A stretch of DNA of 64,000 bases from Paraspadella gotoi (lineage: Eukaryota > Animalia > Chaetognatha), in contig CM119269.1 of the NCBI GenBank assembly GCA_051294375.1, positions 17,160,265 through 17,224,264 of the forward strand, written 5' to 3'. The notes beneath the pieces are model-generated. The model did not search any database. It was not told where the DNA came from and worked only from the letters and a program-made list of their open reading frames with translations. A program made the position numbers and the translations under genes. The stretch's first letter is position 1. Every line of letters begins with the position of its first letter. Below, piece by piece: positions 40,570 to 64,000 of this stretch.

Positions 40570-42414
40570 TTATCTCCTGAGCCAGTCGAGAATTGAACCG
40601 CTCCGTCTCTCACCCATCTCGTCGCTTTTCTCCTTCGACTTCTCTTTCGCTAATTCGCTTTTTCTCTGCTCCTCTCTCTGCCGGCGCCACTCCTCCACGG
40701 CGTCGACGTCGACTAAAACACGAGGCTGACGGAGCACCAACTCCTCCAAGCCTCGACGCGCGCGAACGAAGTCTCCGTTGTAGAAGGGCGACGTGGGTAG
40801 GGCCGAGACAATAGAGGGCGGACGAGGCTTCTTTCCTGAGCTCGCTCGCGTGTCCTCGAAAACGTGAATCCAGAAAAATCCTCGCGGACGCTTTTCAATA
40901 GTTTTTGTGAAAGAATTCGGTGACGACGTCTTCGTCAACGCTTCCGGCGTCACGCTCTTTCTTCTCTTTCCTCTCGACGGAGTCATCTCTATAGAATTCC
41001 TCTTTCGCCCCCTAATCTTTTTCACATCCAAACTGACTTCGAAGGTTTGACAGGGATCTATTTTTTCCTTCCCGCAGTCCCCGCCGCCGACAGCGCCACC
41101 GCCGCCGACTTCGTATACGAAGCGAATCTCCGTCAACGTGGGTTTTGGCTCAGAGTTCTTGCGACGAAACCACGAATCGAGTGTCGCTTGCTTGGCGGAA
41201 GTCGGAACCGTCGGCGATGAGAAGGAAGATTTGAGCCAGGAGTCGATAGACTTTGAAGAATCGTTCAATGAGGAGGCGGAGTGCGAATCCTGTTCCATCG
41301 CCGAGTCTTTCTTTCGTGGTCTTCCTCGCTTCTTCGACTTGGGGGTTCCAATCGACTCTTCAATAAAGGAAAACTCGGCATCCAATTCGTCGTCGTTCAC
41401 CGCAGCCTCCAGCGCGCACTCGGCGTCGTCGACGTCGTCAAGGGCGAACAGCATGGCTCTTCCCGACGGCGCCTCAATGTTGGCGTCCTTCATGAGGTCC
41501 ACGCATAAAGGACAGGCCCAGTCATCGAGTGGGGTTGAAAGATTAGCGCATTTAAGATGGGTGGCGTTGCTGCCGCAAACGTCGCAGTTCATTATTTCGA
41601 AGGGAGTGTCGAGCTCGTTGAAAGATCGGCCCTCTGGACTCTGACAAACCTCAGCATAGCAGGACTGCTCGCGGTGCAGATCGTTGAAGGTGTTGCTCGT
41701 TTCCCAAGAGGCGTCACGAACGGGAATACAAATACCCAATGTCATCATGCTCTTCTGAAACGTTTTCTTTTCGGAACAGAGCGGGCACTTGAAAAGGTAA
41801 CGGCCCGCCGAGTATGCCATTTGCTGAAGGCATTTCCGGTGCAGCCAGTTGGTCGAGCGACAACAGGGAAGCCAGACAGAGTCGAACTCGTTCGCCGACG
41901 GGACTACGTCTTCGACGCAGATCGGGCATGGAATCGGCGCGGAGTCGACGGCAACGGGCGCCGCCTCTTGCTTCGGTCGGTGAGTCGGGCAAAAGGAAGG
42001 GAAGGAGCCGAAGTGGAGCTGCACGCAGTCGTTGTCGACGCCGCAGGCCAAGTGGTAAGACTTTTTGCACTGGGCGACGCTGCATCCGACGGAGGCGCCC
42101 TTGGTTTTGCAAAAACAGCAAACGAGGCGGGCGGCGCGGCGGACCTCGGCAGCGATGTCTTTGGGAGAAAAACCGTGGAGACCTTCGTCCTCGGAGGTTG
42201 CTTGGGAGAGGCCGCTGGCGAAGAGGGCGCAACTAAGGTGCACCGTGACGAGAGAATCGGACAAGATTCGCCCGAAAGCATTCTCGTCTAAGTCAGTGCG
42301 ATGGCACAACTGACAGAGAAGCGGGAGACCTTCTTTCGGCAGTGTCGTCGTCGCCTCTTTCGAAAACTCCGATGACAGGGCGGAAGAAAGCGGGGAAGTT
42401 TCTGCTGTGGTCAT
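40570..42414 (-). CDS. PHF7/G2E3-like PHD/RING finger protein, 614 aa, no HECT domain, single coding exon
   Basis: The long ORF has an extended PHD (CQLC...VHLSCALFASGL...GLHGF...CCFCKTKGASVGCSVAQCKKSYHLACG...SFCPTHRP) and a RING-like finger (CPIC...PCC...WLHRKCLQQMAYSAG...FKCPLC). It also has the family motif GICIPVRDASWE and a third PHD (CDVCGSNATHLKC...WACPLC). A branch point and acceptor (ACTAAC...TACAG|AATG) lie just upstream of the ATG. Confidence 0.9.
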   Translation of the reverse strand: MTTAETSPLSSALSSEFSKEATTTLPKEGLPLLCQLCHRTDLDENAFGRILSDSLVTVHLSCALFASGLSQATSEDEGLHGFSPKDIAAEVRRAARLVCCFCKTKGASVGCSVAQCKKSYHLACGVDNDCVQLHFGSFPSFCPTHRPKQEAAPVAVDSAPIPCPICVEDVVPSANEFDSVWLPCCRSTNWLHRKCLQQMAYSAGRYLFKCPLCSEKKTFQKSMMTLGICIPVRDASWETSNTFNDLHREQSCYAEVCQSPEGRSFNELDTPFEIMNCDVCGSNATHLKCANLSTPLDDWACPLCVDLMKDANIEAPSGRAMLFALDDVDDAECALEAAVNDDELDAEFSFIEESIGTPKSKKRGRPRKKDSAMEQDSHSASSLNDSSKSIDSWLKSSFSSPTVPTSAKQATLDSWFRRKNSEPKPTLTEIRFVYEVGGGGAVGGGDCGKEKIDPCQTFEVSLDVKKIRGRKRNSIEMTPSRGKRRKSVTPEALTKTSSPNSFTKTIEKRPRGFFWIHVFEDTRASSGKKPRPPSIVSALPTSPFYNGDFVRARRGLEELVLRQPRVLVDVDAVEEWRRQREEQRKSELAKEKSKEKSDEMGERRSGSILDWLRR

Positions 42415-42905
42415 TCTGTATCGGGAGAAATAAAGTTAGTTCTCTCTATAACTCTTTTTAATATAGGTAAGTTTATGTTATGTTGCATGAAAAATAAAAT
42501 AATTTTAAATAGTGTAGAAGCTGAATTGTTGTTTGTTACACAGTCATGATTTTGGCAGATTTAGTAGTTGAAAAATTAATTGATTTGGTCTTTACATGCC
42601 AATAATAAAAAGGTAAACAAATTATTTCTGGAGATAACATGATTTTATTTTTAAATTAAGCGCTGATCTTCAGAGACTTCTGTCTGCCTCAAAGGTGTAA
42701 CAAAATGAGACACAAAAATTACAAAACAGTTTTAGGTTTACGCACAATTTGAGTAATTTCTATTTTCTAAAATGACCATCTTAATTAATTGATAAATTGT
42801 TTAATATTCGATAAAGCAATATCCCATCTCACGATTATTTAATATAATAATTAGTTAGGTAGTAAAAGATAAAATAGAAATAATTAAAAAACAGTCAAAA
42901 AAAAA

Positions 42906-43540
42906 TTGGCGCGGGTTAAATTTCGAAGTTGGTAACAAAAGGATCGAGCCAATCCGAGCGGGAGTCCAAACTCTGACTGTTTCAATTCTCGAATCTCGGC
43001 CGGCGGCTTCAACTGCAGCTGAGACCGAGCAGACTTCTATTTATAATCGCGCATTATTTTCAAATTTATATTCAGAATATTATTCAGAATATTATTCTTT
43101 CTCAGATTAAATATGGTAAGTCGCCTCAGTAAAATTAAAAATAGAATTGATTAAAATATAATTATTAACGAACTTATCTGTTCTCTATAAACTTAAAAAG
43201 GTTTTATGATTTATTTCAAGCAAATATTTTACCCTTGCTCGAGAATTACCATGATTTAAAATGGGTCCTTCAACGTTGCGCAGTTTTTTTTTTAGTTTCT
43301 CTTTTTTGTATTTCTTTCTTAACTTGTCATTTTCATGGTTTTGTGCCATCTTTTCAAATTCTTCCTTTCCAACAAAGGCCTCAATGGTCGAACAAGGCGT
43401 AGACACCGCTTACACTCATAACGTCTGGCGTTGTTCATTTGTCGTCACTAGAAGAGCTCAACCAATAAGAAACGCGAAAACGAAAAACGCACCAATAGAA
43501 TACGAACACCTTCATTTGCCTTTCTTGTCCCACGTGGGCC
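42906..43540. promoter_or_regulatory. candidate cell-cycle-type promoter upstream of the PHF7/G2E3-like gene
   Basis: E2F-like TTGGCGCGGG at 42906, CHR-like TTCGAA at 42922, CCAAT at 42949, paired CCAAT boxes at 43462 and 43492 with CGCGAAAA between them, and CACGTG at about 43531. These are motif matches only. Confidence 0.4.
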
Positions 43541-45119
43541 GGATGGAATTTATTAAAATGTTAAACGCGATTGCCGAATTTGAGAGTCAGAGTTAAGTGC
43601 CATCATGGGACTGTTTTGGATGGAAACGGCCGAGGCGAATGGAATGGGACATGATAGGGCACATTGAGCATTGAGGATGGTGCTAAGCGTTGGATGAATG
43701 CTACTTGGTGTTCCAAAAATGGTTTTAAACCATATTTTTAGTTCTTTTAAACTTTTTTTCTTATCAATTTCTACCTTAATTTTTCTCCATATTTGTTCAC
43801 TTTTTTTATTTCTCTCGTGTGTTTGAGGTGTTCGAAATAAACGCAACTTTCTCGATTAATACAATAATAATATAATAATAATAATGTTAAGCAATAAAGA
43901 TTTTTTAAAAATCGAAACTCCTAACTAAGAGTTTATGAAAAATGTCGATACAAGGACTAAGAAGCAGATTTGGGAATCCTCGAAAAGAAAACTTAAGTGA
44001 TAATTGAAAAATGCGACAAGAGAGTCCGAGACAAAGAGAGTGAGGTAGTCGCTTTCATGACCCTTTTCCCTCCCGTAACAGCGAGACTCGCGTGGAAAAT
44101 TCCGGGCGAAATTCTCGTAAAACTACTCGAGGAACCTATTAGTCATTCTTCGAAGGCCCGACCCGCGGGCTCGGAGTCGGGACAGGGTCGTCCCGCGTTT
44201 CAAAACAAAGAGAGTAAACAAATGATGGCGAGAAGTAAACAAATCGCGAGTTTATTCTCGTTTAGCCCGCGATTTGTTGACGGCGACGTGACGGGGCGCC
44301 CGCTCCAACTGACAGAGAGAGAGAAAGAGAGAGCGTTTATTTTTTAACGGATGGTGGACTCGGAACGAACGACCCAAATCCCGCCGACCTTCGTGAGATG
44401 GAGGGGAATGGTGGGGTTGCAGTTATGGGGTGGAAGAAGGTAAGCGAGAGAAAAGTAGAGTTTCAAACGGTGATTGCAGGTAGAACAGACGCTGTGAAGT
44501 ATGTAGAGCTAGGGTTGAAGCGCGACTGGCTTTATCTCCACTAACATCGTCAAAGAGAAGATGAGGTCGAGAACGGCGGCCGCGACGACGACGACGACGG
44601 AAGACGAGGAAACGTGATAAACTCGCGCTTCCGCCAGGGAGGAGAAAGCGGGCGCGGCGGAGGAGGCGGCCACGCGGAGATGCGAAGATAAGTGATGAAG
44701 TGACGTCGGGAGATAACCAGACTTGATTTTGATCGAACGTGAGAGGGCGTCGGCCTTGAGGGGCATTGGCGGACGGAGGGCGAGGAGGAATCTGTCGGAC
44801 AGCGGCTCGGAAGCGGGCAGCGGGCGGGGAAGTCGGGTGATAAGGATGCCCATGGGCGATCCGTCGTGGGGGAATAGAAAATATGACTAGCGAGATGAAC
44901 TGATTTTGCAGTAAGTTCACCTCGAAAACGACAAGTAACGGTCTAAAACATTGTCTGATCGGGCGTCAGGAAGCAACGTGGAACGGTCGCCCGACCTGGC
45001 TCCGCGAAAAATTCGCAAAAGAAATTCGCGGCTACTTCTCCATGACACTACGGTTTGAAGGCAAGGGAAACTTTTCGATTTATCAAACGAAATTTCCATG
45101 GTTCATTTTTTTATTTGAT

Positions 45120-45210
45120 ATGAAATTGGTACAATCAATATAAAAATTATCCATTAATTTAAAAAATAAGCTATCTTGTCTCTGACTTTGGACAGGCTTT
45201 GGTGGTTTTA
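45120..45210 (+). repeat. short dispersed repeat copy
   Basis: ATGAAATTGGTACAATCAATATAAAAATTATCCATTAATTTAAAAAATAAGCTATCTTGTCTCTGACTTTGGACAGGCTTTGGTGGTTTTA, near-identical to 52407-52497. Confidence 0.9.
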
Positions 45211-45793
45211 TATTAAAAATAACTATCTTTGGCTTTTTAGCTTATCATTTATAGTTGTCCTTGCCGGACTGTTTGTAACATGAGTGCAATTTTAGTTTCA
45301 TCTGCCAAGACTGGCTCCCTTTGAGCTAAAAGTTCCTTAAGGCTAAATAGGCAATAAACAAATAAGCAAGTTAACGCGTCAACAAATCAAATTATGCCTT
45401 TTTTTCGGGGTTATGGCCTCGGCGCTGATTTTGCAGGGAATTATTGGTGTCTCATGTCCGGAGGGACAATAGAAGATGATGATGACTTTTTTTTCCTTTT
45501 TTTTTTTGCTAGATTTGAAAGATTTTCTTTCATTCTTTTCTATAGTATTTAACAACAAAACATGCGGATTCAACTTTGTTTTCCGCTTTTATTAAACTGG
45601 TGCAGAGCGAAAACGATAAGTCAGTTAGTTACAGGTATAAAACAGGAAAAGATAATTTGTTCACCAAGAAATAAAAAAAAATTAAAAAATGACTTAAAAA
45701 AATAGAAACTAAAACAACCAAAGTCGTTCGAATCTTTAAAGTCATCGATTACAAATAAATACAATCTTCGTTTTAAATAGAAAGTCATTTATA

Positions 45794-63805
<18,012 letters not shown>

Positions 63806-64000
63806 CTGGGGAATGAAACAAAATTCGTCGACAAAAAAAATAACAAATGAGTATGGGGGTTAAATTATTTATATTGAAATTATTATTTCGGCAATTTATC
63901 GTTTAATCCTTCGCACATACATATAACATATTTTTATTGTAATATATTGTATTAATTTTAATCGTAATATTTCGTAAATAACTTTCGATATTTCTTCGGG

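Noticed and set aside
41138-42313. Overlapping + strand and alternative-frame ORFs up to 244 aa
   Set aside because: Shadow ORFs of the GC-rich PHD-finger CDS.

Overview
Intron-rich metazoan genomic DNA with GC-rich exons, AT-rich or (GA)n-rich introns and nine N gaps. Five genes can be reconstructed by hand from splice sites. (1) A 5'-truncated SKOR/Fussel (Ski-family) corepressor, + strand, 1-17684. (2) A five-exon MFS transporter, +, 30252-32926. (3) A small single-domain PDI/TXNDC5-type thioredoxin, +, 33434-34694. (4) An intronless PHF7/G2E3-like PHD-finger gene, -, 40570-42414. (5) A long-tailed class I myosin (MYO1E/F type, 5' end outside the window), -, 45794-63805. Two TA-flanked MITEs and a short dispersed repeat are also present. 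The two most striking large-scale patterns are a degraded copy of SKOR exons (2970-6685) and a 7-kb palindrome (21941-29108). Both sit against exactly-25-N gaps and differ from their partners mainly by scattered insertions, so they are most probably raw long-read gap-fill artefacts, although the first seems to preserve a SKOR exon missing from the clean assembly. The best biological leads are three GC-AG introns among 23 in the myosin gene (one 7.8 kb long), a HECT-less intronless G2E3/PHF7 protein carrying an AT-hook and PIP-box-like motifs, and a thioredoxin lacking ER signals. I found no convincing new multi-gene system. All alignments were done by eye and no database search was run.
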